From positions 181,040,001 to 181,104,000 of the forward strand of contig OZ024743.1 in NCBI GenBank assembly GCA_964016885.1: DNA of 64,000 nt, in the 5' to 3' direction. Under the pieces are notes generated by a model. The model saw only the letters and a list, made by a program, of their open reading frames with translations, was not told the origin of the DNA and ran no database searches. A program made the translations under genes and the position numbers. Positions 15,001-30,000 of the stretch are shown piece after piece (position 1 is the first letter of the stretch; every line of letters starts with the position of its first letter). The stretch is from Eledone cirrhosa. Its lineage: Eukaryota.

Positions 15001-18000
15001 TGGAGTACCACTGTAGTTGTGTCACTGATGCAGCCAGTCTTTGGGTACCACTCTAGTTGTGCCACTGATGCAGCCAGTTGTTGGAGTACCACTCTAGTTG
15101 TGCAACTGATGCAGCCAGTTGTTGGAGTACCACTCTAGATGTGCCACTGATGCAGCCAGTCGTTGGTTACCACTCTAGTTGTTCCACTGATGCAGCGTGT
15201 TGTTGGAGCACCACTCTAGTTGTGCCACTGATGCAGGCAATTGTTGGACTACCACTCTAGTTGTGCCACAAATGCACTCAGTTGTTGGAGTACCACTCTA
15301 GTTGTGCAACTGATGCAGCCAGTTGTTGGAGTACCACTCTAGTTGTGCCACTGATGCAGCCAGTTGTTGGAGTACCACTCTAGTTGTGCCACTGATGCTG
15401 CCAGTTGTTGGAGTACCACTCTAGTTGTGCCACTGATGCAGCCAGTCTGTGGGTACCACTTTAGTTGTGCCACTGATACAGCCAGTTGTTGGAATACCAC
15501 TCTAGTTTTGCCACAGATGTAGCCACTTGTTGGAGTACCACTCTAGTTGTGCCGCTGATGCAGCCAGTTGTTGGAGTACCACTCTAGTTGTGCGACTGAT
15601 GCCGTCAATTGTTGGAGTACCACTCTAGTTGTGCCACAAATGCACTCAGTTGTTGGAGTACCATTCTAGTTGTGCCACTGATGCAGCCAGTTGTTGGTGT
15701 GCCACTCTAGTTGTGCCACTGATGCAGCCAGTTGTTGGAGTACCTCTCTAGTTGTGCCACTGATGCAGCCACTTGTTGGAGTACCACTCTAGTTGTGCCA
15801 CTGATGCAGTCAATTGTTGGAGTACCACTCTAGTTGTGCCACAAATGCACTCAGTTGTTGGAGTACCACTCTAGTTGTGCAACTGATGCAGCCAGTTGTT
15901 GGAGTACCACTCTAGTTGTGGCATTGATGCAGTCAGTTGTTGCAGTACCACTCTAATTGTGCCACTGATGCAGCCAGTTGTTGGAGTACCACTCTAGTTG
16001 TGCCACTGATACAGCCAGTTGTTGGAGTACCACTCTAGTTGTGTCACTGATGCAGCCAGTCTTTGGGTACCACTCTAGTTGTGCCACTGATACAGCCAGT
16101 TGTTGGAATACCACTCTAGTTGTGTCACTGATGCAGCCATTTGTTGGAGTACCACTTTAGTTGTACCACTGATGCAGCCAGTTGTTGAAGTACCACTCTA
16201 GATGTGCCACTGATGCAGCCAGTCGTTGGGTACCACACTAGTTGTTCCACTGATGCAGCCTGTTGTTGGAGCACCACTCTAGTCGTGCCACTGATGCAGT
16301 CAATTGTTGGAGTACCACTCTAGTTGTGCCACAAATGCACTCAGTTGTTGGAGTACCACTCTAGTTGTGCAACTGATGCAGCCATTTGTTGGAGTACCAC
16401 TCTAGTTGTGCCATTGATGCAGTCAGTTGTTGGAGTACCACTCTAGTTGTGCCACTGATGCAGCCAGTTGTTGGAGTACCACTCTAGTTGTGTCACTGAT
16501 GCAGCCAGTTGTTGGAGTACCACTCAATTGTGCCACTGATGCAGCCAGTTGTTAGAGTACCACTCTAGTTATGCCACTGATGCAGTCAGTTGTTGGAGTA
16601 CCACTCTAGTTGTGCCACAAATGCCTCTCAGTTGTTGGATTACCACTCTAGTTGTGCCACTGATGAAGCCAGTTGTTGGAGTACCACTCTAGTTGTGCCA
16701 CTGATGCAGCCAGTCGTTGGGTACCACTCTAGTTGTGCCACTGATGCAGCCTGTTGTTGGAGTACAACTCTAGTTGTGCCACTGATGCAGTCAGTTGTTG
16801 GATTACCACTCTAGTTGTGCCTCTGATGCAGCCAGTTATTGGAGTACCACTCTAGTTGTGCCACTGATGCAGCCAGTCGTTGGGTACCACTCTAGTTGTG
16901 CCACTGATGCAGTCAGTTGTTGGAGTACAACTCTAGTTGTGCCACTGATGCAGTCAGTTGTTGGATTACCACTCTAGTTGTGCCACTGATGGAGCCAGTC
17001 GTTTTGTACCACTCTATTTGTGCCACTGATGCACTCAGTTGTTAGAATACCATTCTAGTTGTGCCACTGATGCAGCCAGTTGTTGGGGTGCCACTCTAGT
17101 TGTGCCACTGATGCAGCCAGTTGTTGGAGTACCTCTCTAGTTGTGCCACTGATGCAGCCAGTTGTTGGAGTACAACTCTAGTTGTACCACTGATGCAGCC
17201 AGTCGTTTTGTTCCACTCTAGTTGTGCCACTGATGCAGTCAGTTGTTGGAGTACCACTCTAGTTGTGCCACTGATGCAGCCAGGTGTTGGAGTACCACTC
17301 TAGTTGTGTCACTGATGCAGCCAGTTGTTGGAGTACCACTGTAGTTGTGTCACTGATGCAGCCAGTCTTTGGGTACCACTCTAGTTGTGCCACTGATACA
17401 GTCAGTTGTTGCAGTACCACTCTAGTTGTGCCACAGATGTAGCCAGTTGTTGGAGTACCACTCTAGTTGTGCCACTGATGCAGCCAGTTGTTGGAGTACC
17501 ACTCTAGTTGTGCAACTGATGCAGCCAGTTGTTGGAGTACCACTCTAGATGTGCCACTGATGCAGCCAGTCGTTGGTTACCACTCTAGTTGTTCCACTGA
17601 TGCAGCGTGTTGTTGGAGCACCACTCTAGTTGTGCCACTGATGCAGGCAATTGTTGGACTACCACTCTAGTTGTGCCACAAATGCACTCAGTTGTTGGAG
17701 TACCACTCTAGTTGTGCAACTGATGCAGCCAGTTGTTGGAGTACCACTCTAGTTGTGCCACTGATGCAGCCAGTTGTTGGAGTACCACTCTAGTAGTGCC
17801 ACTGATGCTGCCAGTTGTTGGAGTACCACTCTAGTTGTGCCACTGATGCAGCCAGTCTGTGGGTACCACTCTAGTTGTGCCACTGATACAGCCAGTTGTT
17901 GGAATACCACTCTAGTTTTGCCACAGATGTAGCCACTTGTTGGAGTACCACTCTAGTTGTGCCGCTGATGCAGCCAGTTGTTGGAGTACCACTCTAGTTG

Positions 18001-21000
18001 TGCGACTGATGCCGTCAATTGTTGGAGTACCACTCTAGTTGTGCCACAAATGCACTCAGTTGTTGGAGTACCATTCTAGTTGTGCCACTGATGCAGCCAG
18101 TTGTTGGTGTGCCACTCTAGTTGTGCCACTGATGCAGCCAGTTGTTGGAGTACCTCTCTAGTTGTGCCACTGATGCAGCCACTTGTTGGAGTACCACTCT
18201 AGTTGTGCCACTGATGCAGTCAATTGTTGGAGTACCACTCTAGTTGTGCCACAAATGCACTCAGTTGTTGGAGTACCACTCTAGTTGTGCAACTGATGCA
18301 GCCAGTTGTTGGAGTACCACTCTAGTTGTGGCATTGATGCAGTCAGTTGTTGCAGTACCACTCTAATTGTGCCACTGATGCAGCCAGTTGTTGGAGTACC
18401 ACTCTAGTTGTGCCACTGATACAGCCAGTTGTTGGAGTACCACTCTAGTTGTGTCACTGTTGCAGCCAGTTGTTGCAGTACCACTCTAGTTGTGCCACTG
18501 ATGCAGCCAGTTGTTGGAGTACCACTCTAGTTGTGTCACTCATGCAGTCAGTTGTTGGAGTACCACTCTAGTTGTGCCACTGATGCAGCCAGTTGTTGGA
18601 GTACCTATCTAGTTGTGCCACTCATGCAGTCAGTTTTGGGAGTACCACTCTGGTTGTGTCACTGATGCAGCCAGTTGTTGGAGTACCACTCTAGTTGTGC
18701 CACTGATGCAGCCAGTCTTTGGGTACCACTCTAGTTGTGCCACTGATGCAGCCAGTTGTTCGAGTACCACTCTAGTTATGCCACTGATGCAGTCAGTTAT
18801 TCGAGTACCACTCTAGTTGTGTCACTGATGCAGCCAGTCTTTGGGTACCACTGTAGTTGTGCCACTGTTACAGTCAGTTGTTGCAGTACCACTCTAGTTG
18901 TGCCACAGATGTAGCCAGTTGTTGGAGTACCACTCTAGTTGTGCCACTGATGCAGCCAGTTGTTGGAGTACCACTCTAGTTGTGCAACTGATGCAGCCAG
19001 TTGTTGGAGTACCACTCTAGATGTGCCACTGATGCAGCCAGTCGTTGGTTACCACTCTAGTTGTTCCACTGATGCAGCGTGTTGTTGGAGCACCACTCTA
19101 GTTGTGCCACTGATGCAGGCAATTGTTGGACTACCACTCTAGTTGTGCCACAAATGCACTCAGTTGTTGGAGTACCACTCTAGTTGTGCAACTGATGCAG
19201 CCAGTTGTTGGAGTACCACTCTATTTGTGTCACTGATGCAGCCAGTTTTTGGAGTAACACTCTAGTTGTGCCACTGAGGCAGCCAGTTGTTGGAGTACGA
19301 CTCTAGTTGTGTCACTGATGCAGCCAGTTGTTGGAGTACCACTCTAGTTGTGCCACTGATGCAGCCAGTTGTTGGAGTACCAATCTAGTTGTGCCACTGA
19401 TGCAGCCAGTTTTTGGAGTACCACTCTAGTTGTGCCACTCATGCAGTCAGTTGTTGGAGTACCACTCTAGTTGTGCCACTGATGCAGCCATTTGTTGGAG
19501 TACCACTCTAGATGTGTCACTGAAGCAGCCAGTCGTTGGGTACCACTCTAGTCGTGCCACTGATGCAGCCTGTTGTTGGAGTACCATTCAAGTTGTGCCA
19601 CTGATGCAGTCAGTTGTTGGAGTACCACTCTAGTTGTGCCACTGATGCAGCCAGTTGTTGGAGTACCACTCTAGTTGTGCCACTGATGCAATCAGTTGCT
19701 GGAGTACCACTCTAATTGTGCAACTGCTGCAGCCAGTTGTTTGAGTACAACTCTAGTTGTGCCACTGATGCAGCCAGTCGTTTTGTTCCAATCTAGTTGT
19801 GCCACTGATGCAGTCAGTTGTTGGAGTACCACTCTAGTTGTGCCACTGATGCAGCCAGTTGTTGGAGTACCACTCTAGTTGTGCCACTGATGCAGCCAGG
19901 TGTTACAGTACCACTCTAGTTGTGTCAATGATGCAGCCAGCTGTTGGAGTACCACTCTAGTTGTGTCACTGATGCAGCCAGTCTTTGGGTACCACTCTAG
20001 TTGTGCCACTGATACAGCCAGTTGTTGGAATACCACTCTAGTTGTGTCACTGATGCAGCCATTTGTTGGAGTACCACTTTAGTTGTACCACTGATGCAGC
20101 CAGTTGTTGAAGTACCACTCTAGATGTGCCACTGATGCAGCCAGTCGTTGGGTACCACACTAGTTGTTCCACTGATGCAGCCTGTTGTTGGAGCACCACT
20201 CTAGTCGTGCCACTGATGCAGTCAATTGTTGGAGTACCACTCTAGTTGTGCCACAAATGCACTCAGTTGTTGGAGTACCACTCTAGTTGTGCAACTGATG
20301 CAGCCATTTGTTGGAGTACCACTCTAGTTGTGCCATTGATGCAGTCAGTTGTTGGAGTACCACTCTAGTTGTGCCACTGATGCAGCCAGTTGTTGGAGTA
20401 CCACTCTAGTTGTGTCACTGATGCAGCCAGTTGTTGGAGTACCACTCAATTGTGCCACTGATGCAGCCAGTTGTTAGAGTACCACTCTAGTTATGCCACT
20501 GATGCAGTCAGTTGTTGGAGTACCACTCTAGTTGTGCCACAAATGCCTCTCAGTTGTTGGATTACCACTCTAGTTGTGCCACTGATGAAGCCAGTTGTTG
20601 GAGTACCACTCTAGTTGTGCCACTGATGCAGCCAGTCGTTGGGTACCACTCTAGTTGTGCCACTGATGCAGCCTGTTGTTGGAGTACAACTCTAGTTGTG
20701 CCACTGATGCAGTCAGTTGTTGGATTACCACTCTAGTTGTGCCACTGATGCAGCCAGTTATTGGAGTACCACTCTAGTTGTGCCACTGATGCAGCCAGTC
20801 GTTGGGTACCACTCTAGTTATGCCACTGATGCAGTCAGTTGTTGGAGTACAACTCTAGTTGTGCCACTGATGCAGTCAGTTGTTGGATTACCACTCTAGT
20901 TGTGCCACTGATGGAGCCAGTCGTTTTGTACCACTCTAGTTGTGCCACTGATGCACTCAGTTGTTAGAATACCATTCTAGTTGTGCCACTGATGCAGCCA

Positions 21001-24000
21001 GTTGTTGGGGTGCCACTCTAGTTGTGCCACTGATGCAGCCAGTTGTTGGAGTACCTCTCTAGTTGTGCCACTGATGCAGCCAGTTGTTGGAGTACAACTC
21101 TAGTTGTACCACTGATGCAGCCAGTCGTTTTGTTCCACTCTAGTTGTGCCACTGATGCAGTCAGTTGTTGGAGTACCACTCTAGTTGTGCCACTGATGCA
21201 GCCAGGTGTTGGAGTACCACTCTAGTTGTGTCACTGATGCAGCCAGTTGTTGGAGTACCACTGTAGTTGTGTCACTGATGCAGCCAGTCTTTGGGTACCA
21301 CTCTAGTTGTGCCATTGATACAGTCAGTTGTTGCAGTACCACTCTAGTTGTGCCACAGATGTAGCCAGTTGTTGGAGTACCACTCTAGTTGTGCCACTGA
21401 TGCAGCCAGTTGTTGGAGTACCACTCTAGTTGTGCAACTGATGCAGCCAGTTGTTGGAGTACCACTCTAGATGTGCCACTGATGCAGCCAGTCGTTGGTT
21501 ACCACTCTAGTTGTTCCACTGATGCAGCGTGTTGTTGGAGCACCACTCTAGTTGTGCCACTGATGCAGGCAATTGTTGGACTACCACTCTAGTTGTGCCA
21601 CAAATGCACTCAGTTGTTGGAGTACCACTCTAGTTGTGCAACTGATGCAGCCAGTTGTTGGAGTACCACTCTAGTTGTGCCACTGATGCAGCCAGTTGTT
21701 GGAGTACCACTCTAGTTGTGCCACTGATGCTGCCAGTTGTTGGAGTACCACTCTAGTTGTGCCACTGATGCAGCCAGTCTGTGGGTACCACTCTAGTTGT
21801 GCCACTGATACAGCCAGTTGTTGGAATACCACTCTAGTTTTGCCACAGATGTAGCCACTTGTTGGAGTACCACTCTAGTTGTGCCGCTGATGCAGCCAGT
21901 TGTTGGAGTACCACTCTAGTTGTGCGACTGATGCCGTCAATTGTTGGAGTACCACTCTAGTTGTGCCACAAATGCACTCAGTTGTTGGAGTACCATTCTA
22001 GTTGTGCCACTGATGCAGCCAGTTGTTGGGGTGCCACTCTAGTTGTGCCACTGATGCAGCCAGTTGTTGGAGTACCTCTCTAGTTGTGCCACTGATGCAG
22101 CCACTTGTTGGAGTACCACTCTAGTTGTGCCACTGATGCAGTCAATTGTTGGAGTTCCACTCTAGTTGTGCCACAAATGCACTCAGTTGTTGGAGTACCA
22201 CTCTAGTTGTGCAACTGATGCAGCCAGTTGTTGGAGTACCACTCTAGTTGTGGCATTGATGCAGTCAGTTGTTGCAGTACCACTCTAATTGTGCCACTGA
22301 TGCAGCCAGTTGTTGGAGTACCACTCTAGTTGTGCCACTGATACAGCCAGTTGTTGGAGTACCACTCTAGTTGTGTCACTGTTGCAGCCAGTTGTTGCAG
22401 TACCACTCTAGTTGTGCCACTGATGCAGCCAGTTGTTGGAGTACCACTCTAGTTGTGTCACTCATGCAGTCAGTTGTTGGAGTACCACTCTAGTTGTGCC
22501 ACTGATGCAGCCAGTTGTTGGAGTACCTATCTAGTTGTGCCACTCATGCAGTCAGTTTTGGGAGTACCACTCTGGTTGTGTCACTGATGCAGCCAGTTGT
22601 TGGAGTACCACTCTAGTTGTGCCACTGATGCAGCCAGTCTTTGGGTACCACTCTAGTTGTGCCACTGATGCAGCCAGTTGTTCGAGTACCACTCTAGTTA
22701 TGCCACTGATGCAGTCAGTTATTCGAGTACCACTCTAGTTGTGTCACTGATGCAGCCAGTCTTTGGGTACCACTCTAGTTGTGCCACTGATACAGTCAGT
22801 TGTTGCAGTACCACTCTAGTTGTGCCACAGATGTAGCCAGTTGTTGGAGTACCACTCTAGTTGTGCCACTGATGCAGCCAGTTGTTGGAGTACCACTCTA
22901 GTTGTGCAACTGATGCAGCCAGTTGTTGGAGTACCACTCTAGATGTGCCACTGATGCAGCCAGTCGTTGGTTACCACTCTAGTTGTTCCACTGATGCAGC
23001 GTGTTGTTGGAGCACCACTCTAGTTGTGCCACTGATGCAGGCAATTGTTGGACTACCACTCTAGTTGTGCCACAAATGCACTCAGTTGTTGGAGTACCAC
23101 TCTAGTTGTGCAACTGATGCAGCCAGTTGTTGGAGTACCACTCTATTTGTGTCACTGATGCAGCCAGTTTTTGGAGTAACACTCTAGTTGTGCCACTGAG
23201 GCAGCCAGTTGTTGGAGTACGACTCTAGTTGTGTCACTGATGCAGCCAGTTGTTGGAGTACCACTCTAGTTGTGCCACTGATGCAGCCAGTTGTTGGAGT
23301 ACCAATCTAGTTGTGCCACTGATGCAGCCAGTTTTTGGAGTACCACTCTAGTTGTGCCACTCATGCAGTCAGTTGTTGGAGTACCACTCTAGTTGTGCCA
23401 CTGATGCAGCCAGTTGTTGGAGTACCACTCTAGATGTGTCACTGAAGCAGCCAGTCGTTGGGTACCACTCTAGTCGTGCCACTGATGCAGCCTGTTGTTG
23501 GAGTACCATTCAAGTTTTGCCACTGATGCAGTCAGTTGTTGGAGTACCACTCTAGTTGTGCCACTGATGCAGCCAGTTGTTGGAGTACCACTCTAGTTGT
23601 GCCACTGATGCAATCAGTTGCTGGAGTACCACTCTAATTGTGCAACTGCTGCAGCCAGTTGTTTGAGTACCACTCTAGTTGTGCCACTGATGCAGCCAGT
23701 TGTTGGAGTACCACTCTAGTTGTGCCACTGATGCAGCCAGTTGTTGGAGTAACACTCTAGTTGTGCCACTGATGCAGCCAGGTGTTACAGTACCACTCTA
23801 GTTGTGTCAATGATGCAGCCAGCTGTTGGAGTACCACTCTAGTTGTGTCACTGATGCAGCCAGTCTTTGGGTACCACTCTAGTTGTGCCACTGATACAGC
23901 CAGTTGTTGGAATACCACTCTAGTTGTGTCACTGATGCAGCCATTTGTTGGAGTACCACTTTAGTTGTACCACTGATGCAGCCAGTTGTTGAAGTACCAC

Positions 24001-27000
24001 TCTAGATGTGCCACTGATGCAGCCAGTCGTTGGGTACCACACTAGTTGTTCCACTGATGCAGCCTGTTGTTGGAGCACCACTCTAGTTGTGCCACTGATG
24101 CAGTCAATTGTTGGAGTACCACTCTAGTTGTGTCACAAATGCACTCAGTTGTTGGAGTACCACTCTAGTTGTGCAACTGATGCAGCCATTTGTTGGAGTA
24201 CCACTCTAGTTGTGCCATTGATGCAGTCAGTTGTTGGAGTACCACTCTAGTTGTGCCACTGATGCAGCCAGTTGTTGGAGTACCACTCTAGTTGTGTCAC
24301 TGATGCAGCCAGTTGTTGGAGTACCACTCAATTGTGCCACTGATGCAGCCAGTTGTTAGAGTACCACTCTAGTTATGCCACTGATGCAGCCAGTTGTTGG
24401 AGTACCACTCTAGTTTTGCAACTGATACAGCCAGTCTTTGGGTACCACTCTAGTTGTGCCACTGATACAGCCAGTTGTTGGAGTACCACTCTAGTTGTGC
24501 AACTGATGCAGCCAGTTGCTGGAGTACCACTCTAGTTGTGTCACTGATGCAGCCAGTTGTTGGAGTACCACTCTAGTTGTGCGACTGATGCAGCCAGTTG
24601 TTGGAGTACCACTCTAGTTGTGCCACTGATGCAGTCAGTTGTTGGAGTACCATTCTAGTTGTGCCACTGATGCAGCCAGTCGTTGGAGTACCACTCTAGT
24701 TGTGCCACTGATGCAGCCAGTTGTTCGAGTACCACTCTAGTTGTGCCACTGATGCAGTCAGTTGTTCGAGTACCACTCTAGTTGTGTCACTGATACAGCC
24801 AGTTGTTGGAGTACCACTCTATTTGTGTCACTGATGCAGCCAGTTTTTGGAGTAACACTCTAGTTGTGCCACTGAGGCAGCCAGTTGTTGGAGTACCACT
24901 CTAGTTGTGCAACTGATGCAGCCAGTTGTTGGAGTACCACTCTAGTTGTGCCACTGATGCAGCCAGTTGTTGGAGTACCACTCTAGTTGTGCCACTGATA
25001 CAGCCAGTCTTTGTGTACCACTCTAGTTGTGCCACTGATACAGCCAGTTGTTGGAGTACCACTCTAGTTGTGCAACTGCTGCAGCCAGTTGCTGGAGTAC
25101 CACTCTAGTTGTGTCACTGATGCAGCCAGTTGTTGGAGTACCACTCTAGTTGTGCCACTGATGCAGCCAATTGTTGGTGTACCACTCTAGGTGTGTCACT
25201 GATGCAGCCAGTTGTTGGAGTACCACTCTAGTTGTGCCACTGATGCAGCCAGTTGTTGGAGTACCATTCTAGTTGTGCCACTGATGCAGTCAGTTGTTGG
25301 AGTACCACTCTAATTGTGCCCCTGATGCAGCCAGTTGTTGGAGTACCACTCTAGTTGTGCCACTGATACAGCCAGTCTTTGGGTACCACTCTAGTTGTGC
25401 CACTGATACAGCCAGTTGTTGGAGTACCACTGTAGTTGTGCAACTGATGCAGCCAGTTGCTGGAGTACCACTCTATTTGTGTCACTGATGCAGCCAGTTG
25501 TTGGAGTACCACTCTAGTTGTGTCACTGATGCAGCCAGTTGTTGGAGTACCACTCTAGTTGTGCGACTGATGCAGCCAGTTGTTGGAGTATCACTCTAGT
25601 TGTGCCACTGATGCAGTCAGTTGTTGGAGTACCACTCTAGTTGTGCCCCTGATGCAGCCAGTTGTTGGAGTACCACTCTAGTTGTGCCGCTGATGCAGCC
25701 AGTCGTTGGGTACCACTCTAGTTGTGCCACTGATGTAGCCTGTTGTTTCAGTACCACTCTAGTTGTGCCACTGATGCAGTCAGTTGTTGGAGTACCACTC
25801 TAGTTGTGCCACAAATGCCTCTCAGTTGTTGGATTACCACTCTAGTTGTGCCACTGATGAAGCCAGTTGTTGGAGTACCACTCTAGTTGTGCCACTGATG
25901 CAGCCAGTCGTTGGGTACCACTCTAGTTGTGCCACTGATGCAGCCTGTTGTTGGAGTACAACTCTAGTTGTGCCACTGATGCAGTCAGTTGTTGGATTAC
26001 CACTCTAGTTGTGCCACTGATGCAGCCAGTTATTGGAGTACCACTCTAGTTGTGCCACTGATGCAGCCAGTCGTTGGGTACCACTCTAGTTGTGCCACTG
26101 ATGCAGTCAGTTGTTGGAGTACAACTCTAGTTGTGCCACTGATGCAGTCAGTTGTTGGATTACCACTCTAGTTGTGCCACTGATGGAGCCAGTCGTTTTG
26201 TACCACTCTAGTTGTGCCACTGATGCACTCAGTTGTTAGAATACCATTCTAGTTGTGCCACTGATGCAGCCAGTTGTTGGGGTGCCACTCTAGTTGTGCC
26301 ACTGATGCAGCCAGTTGTTGGAGTACCTCTCTAGTTGTGCCACTGATGCTGCCAGTTGTTGGAGTACCACTCTAGTTGTGCCACTGATGCAGCCAGTTGT
26401 TGGAGTACAACTCTAGTTGTGCCACTGATGCAGCCAGTCGTTTTGTTCCAATCTAGTTGTGCCACTGATGCAGTCAGTTGTTGGAGTACCACTCTAGTTG
26501 TGCCACTGATGCAGCCAGGTGTTGGAGTACCACTCTAGTTGTGTCACTGATGCAGCCAGTTGTTGGAGTACCACTGTAGTTGTGTCACTGATGCAGCCAG
26601 TCTTTGGGTACCACTCTAGTTGTGCCACTGATACAGTCAGTTGTTGCAGTACCACTCTAGTTGTGCCACAGATGTAGCCAGTTGTTGGAGTACCACTCTA
26701 GTTGTGCCACTGATGCAGCCAGTTGTTGGAGTACCACTCTAGGTGTGCAACTGATTCAGCCAGTTGTTGGAGTACCACTCTAGATGTGCCACTGATGCAG
26801 CCAGTCGTTGGTTACCACTCTAGTTGTTCCACTGATGCAGCGTGTTGTTGGAGCACCACTCTAGTTGTGCCACTGATGCAGGCAATTGTTGGACTACCAC
26901 TTTAGTTGTGCCACAAATGCACTCAGTTTTTGGAGTACCACTCTAGTTGTGCAACTGATGCAGCCAGTTGTTGGAGTACCACTCTAGTTGTGCCACTGAT

Positions 27001-30000
27001 GCAGCCAGTTGTTGGAGTACCACTCTAGTTGTGCCACTGATGCTGCCAGTTGTTGGAGTACCACTCTAGTTGTGCCACTGATGCAGCCAGTCTGTGGGTA
27101 CCACTCTAGTTGTGCCACTGATACAGCCAGTTGTTGGAATACCACTCTAGTTTTGCCACAGATGTAGCCACTTGTTGGAGTACCACTCTAGTTGTGCCGC
27201 TGATGCAGCCAGTTGTTGGAGTACCACTCTAGTTGTGCGACTGATGCCGTCAATTGTTGGAGTACCACTCTAGTTGTGCCACAAATGCACTCAGTTGTTG
27301 GAGTACCATTCTAGTTGTGCCACTGATGCAGCCAGTTGTTGGGGTGCCACTCTAGTTGTGCCACTGATGCAGCCAGTTGTTGGAGTACCTCTCTAGTTGT
27401 GCCACTGATGCAGCCACTTGTTGGAGTACCACTCTAGTTGTGCCACTGATGCAGTCAATTGTTGGAGTACCACTCTAGTTGTGCCACAAATGCACTCAGT
27501 TGTTGGAGTACCACTCTAGTTGTGCAACTGATGCAGCCAGTTGTTGGAGTACCACTCTAGTTGTGCCATTGATGCAGTCAGTTGTTGCAGTACCACTCTA
27601 ATTGTGCCACTGATGCAGCCAGTTGTTGGAGTACCACTCTAGTTGTGCCACTGATACAGCCAGTTGTTGGAGTACCACTCTAGTTGTGTCACTGTTGCAG
27701 CCAGTTGTTGCAGTACCACTCTAGTTGTGCCACTGATGCAGCCAGTTGTTGGAGTACCACTCTAGTTGTGTCACTCATGCAGTCAGTTGTTGGAGTACCA
27801 CTCTAGTTGTGCCACTGATGCAGCCAGTTGTTGGAGTACCTATCTAGTTGTGCCACTCATGCAGTCAGTTTTGGGAGTACCACTCTGGTTGTGTCACTGA
27901 TGCAGCCAGTTGTTGGAGTACCACTCTAGTTGTGCCACTGATGCAGCCAGTCTTTGGGTACCACTCTAGTTGTGCCACTGATGCAGTCAGTTGTTCGAGT
28001 ACCACTCTAGTTATGCCACTGATGCAGTCAGTTATTCGAGTACCACTCTAGTTGTGTCACTGATGCAGCCAGTCCTTGGGTACCACTCTAGTTGTGCCAC
28101 TGATGCAGCCAGTTGTTGGAGTACCACTCTAGTTGTACCACTGATGCAGTCAGTTGTTGGAGTACCACTCTATTTGTGTCACTGATGCAGCCAGTATTTG
28201 GAGTAACACTCTAGTTGTGCCACTGAGGCAGCCAGTTGTTGGAGTACGACTCTAGTTGTGTCACTGATGCAGCCAGTTGTTGGAGTACCACTCTAGTTGT
28301 GCCACTGAGGCAGCCAGTTGTTGGAGTACCACGCTTGTTGTGAAACTGATGGAGCCAGTTGTTGGAGTACCACTCTAGTTGTACCACTGATGCAGTCAGT
28401 TGTTGGAGTACCACTCTAGTTGTGCCACTGATGCAGCCAGTCTTTGGGTACCACTCTAGTTGTGCCACTGATGCAGCCAGTTGTTGGAGTACCACTCTAG
28501 TTGTACCACTGATGCAGTCAGTTGTTGGAGTACCAATCTAGTTGTGCCACTGATGCAGCCAGTTGTTGGAGTGCCACTCTAATTGTGCCACTGATGCAGT
28601 CAGTTGTTGGAGTACCACTCTAGTTGTGCCACTCATGCAGTCAGTTGTTGGAGTACCACTCTAGTTGTGTCAATGATGCAGCCAGTAGTTGGAGTACCAC
28701 GCTACTTGTGCCACTGATGCAGCCAGTCCTTGGGTACCACTCTAGTTGTGCCACTCATGCAGTCAGTTGTTGGAGTACCACTCTAGTTGTGTCAATGATG
28801 CAGCCATTTGTTGGAGTACCACTCTAGTTGTGCCATTGATGCAGTCAGTTGTTGGAGTACCACTCTAGTTGTGCCACTGATACAGCCAGTTGTTGAAGTA
28901 CCACTCTAGTTGTGCCACTGATGCAGCCAGTTGTTGGAGTACCACTCTAGTTGTGCCACTGATGCAGCCAGTTGTTGGAGTACCACTCTAGTTGTGCCAC
29001 TGATGCAGCCAGTTGTTGGAGAACCACTCTAGTTGTGCCACTGATGCAGCCAGGTGTTGGAGTAGCACTCTAGTTGTGTCACTGATGCAGCCAGTTGTTG
29101 GAGTACCACTCTAGTTGTGCCACTGATGCAGCCAATCTTTGGGTACCACTCTAGTTGTGCCACTGATACAGCCAGTTGTTGGAATACCACTCTAGTTGTG
29201 CCACAGATGTAGCCAGTTGTTGGAGTACCACTCTAGTTGTGCCACTGATGCAGCCAGTTGTTGGAGTACCACTCTAGTTGTGCAACAGATGCAGCCTGTT
29301 GTTGGAGCACCACTCTAGTTGTGCCTCTGATGCAGTCAATTGTTGGAGTACCACTCTAGTTGTGCCACAAATGCACTCAGTTGTTGGAGTACCACTCTAT
29401 TTGTGCAACTGATGCAGCCATTTGTTGGAGTACCACTCTAGTTATGCCACTGATGTAGCCAGTTGTTGGAGTACCACTCTAGTTGTGTCACTGATGCAGC
29501 CAGTTGTTGGAGTACCACTATAGTTGTGCCACTCATGCAGCCAGTTGTTGGAGTACCACTCTAGTTGTGCCACTGATGCAGCCAGTTGTTGGAGTACAAC
29601 TCTAATTGTGCCACTGATGCAGCCAGTTGTTGGAGTACCACTCTAGTTGTGCCACTGATGCAGTCAGTTGTTGGAGTACCACTCTAGTTCTGTCACTGAT
29701 GCAGCCAGTTGTTGCAGTACCCCTCTAGATGTGCCACTGATGCAGCCAGTCTTTGGGTACCACTCTAGTTGTGCCACTGATGCAGCCAGTTGTTCGAATA
29801 CCACTCTAGTTGTGCCACTGATGCAGTCAGTTGTTCGTGTACCACTCTAGTTGTGTCACTGATACAGCCAGTTGATGGAGTACCACTCTATTTGTGTCAC
29901 TGTTGCAGCCAGTTTTTGGAGTAACACTCTAGTTGTGCCACTGAGGCAGCCAGTTGTTGGAGTACCACTCTAGTTGTGTCACTGATGCAGCCAGTTTTTG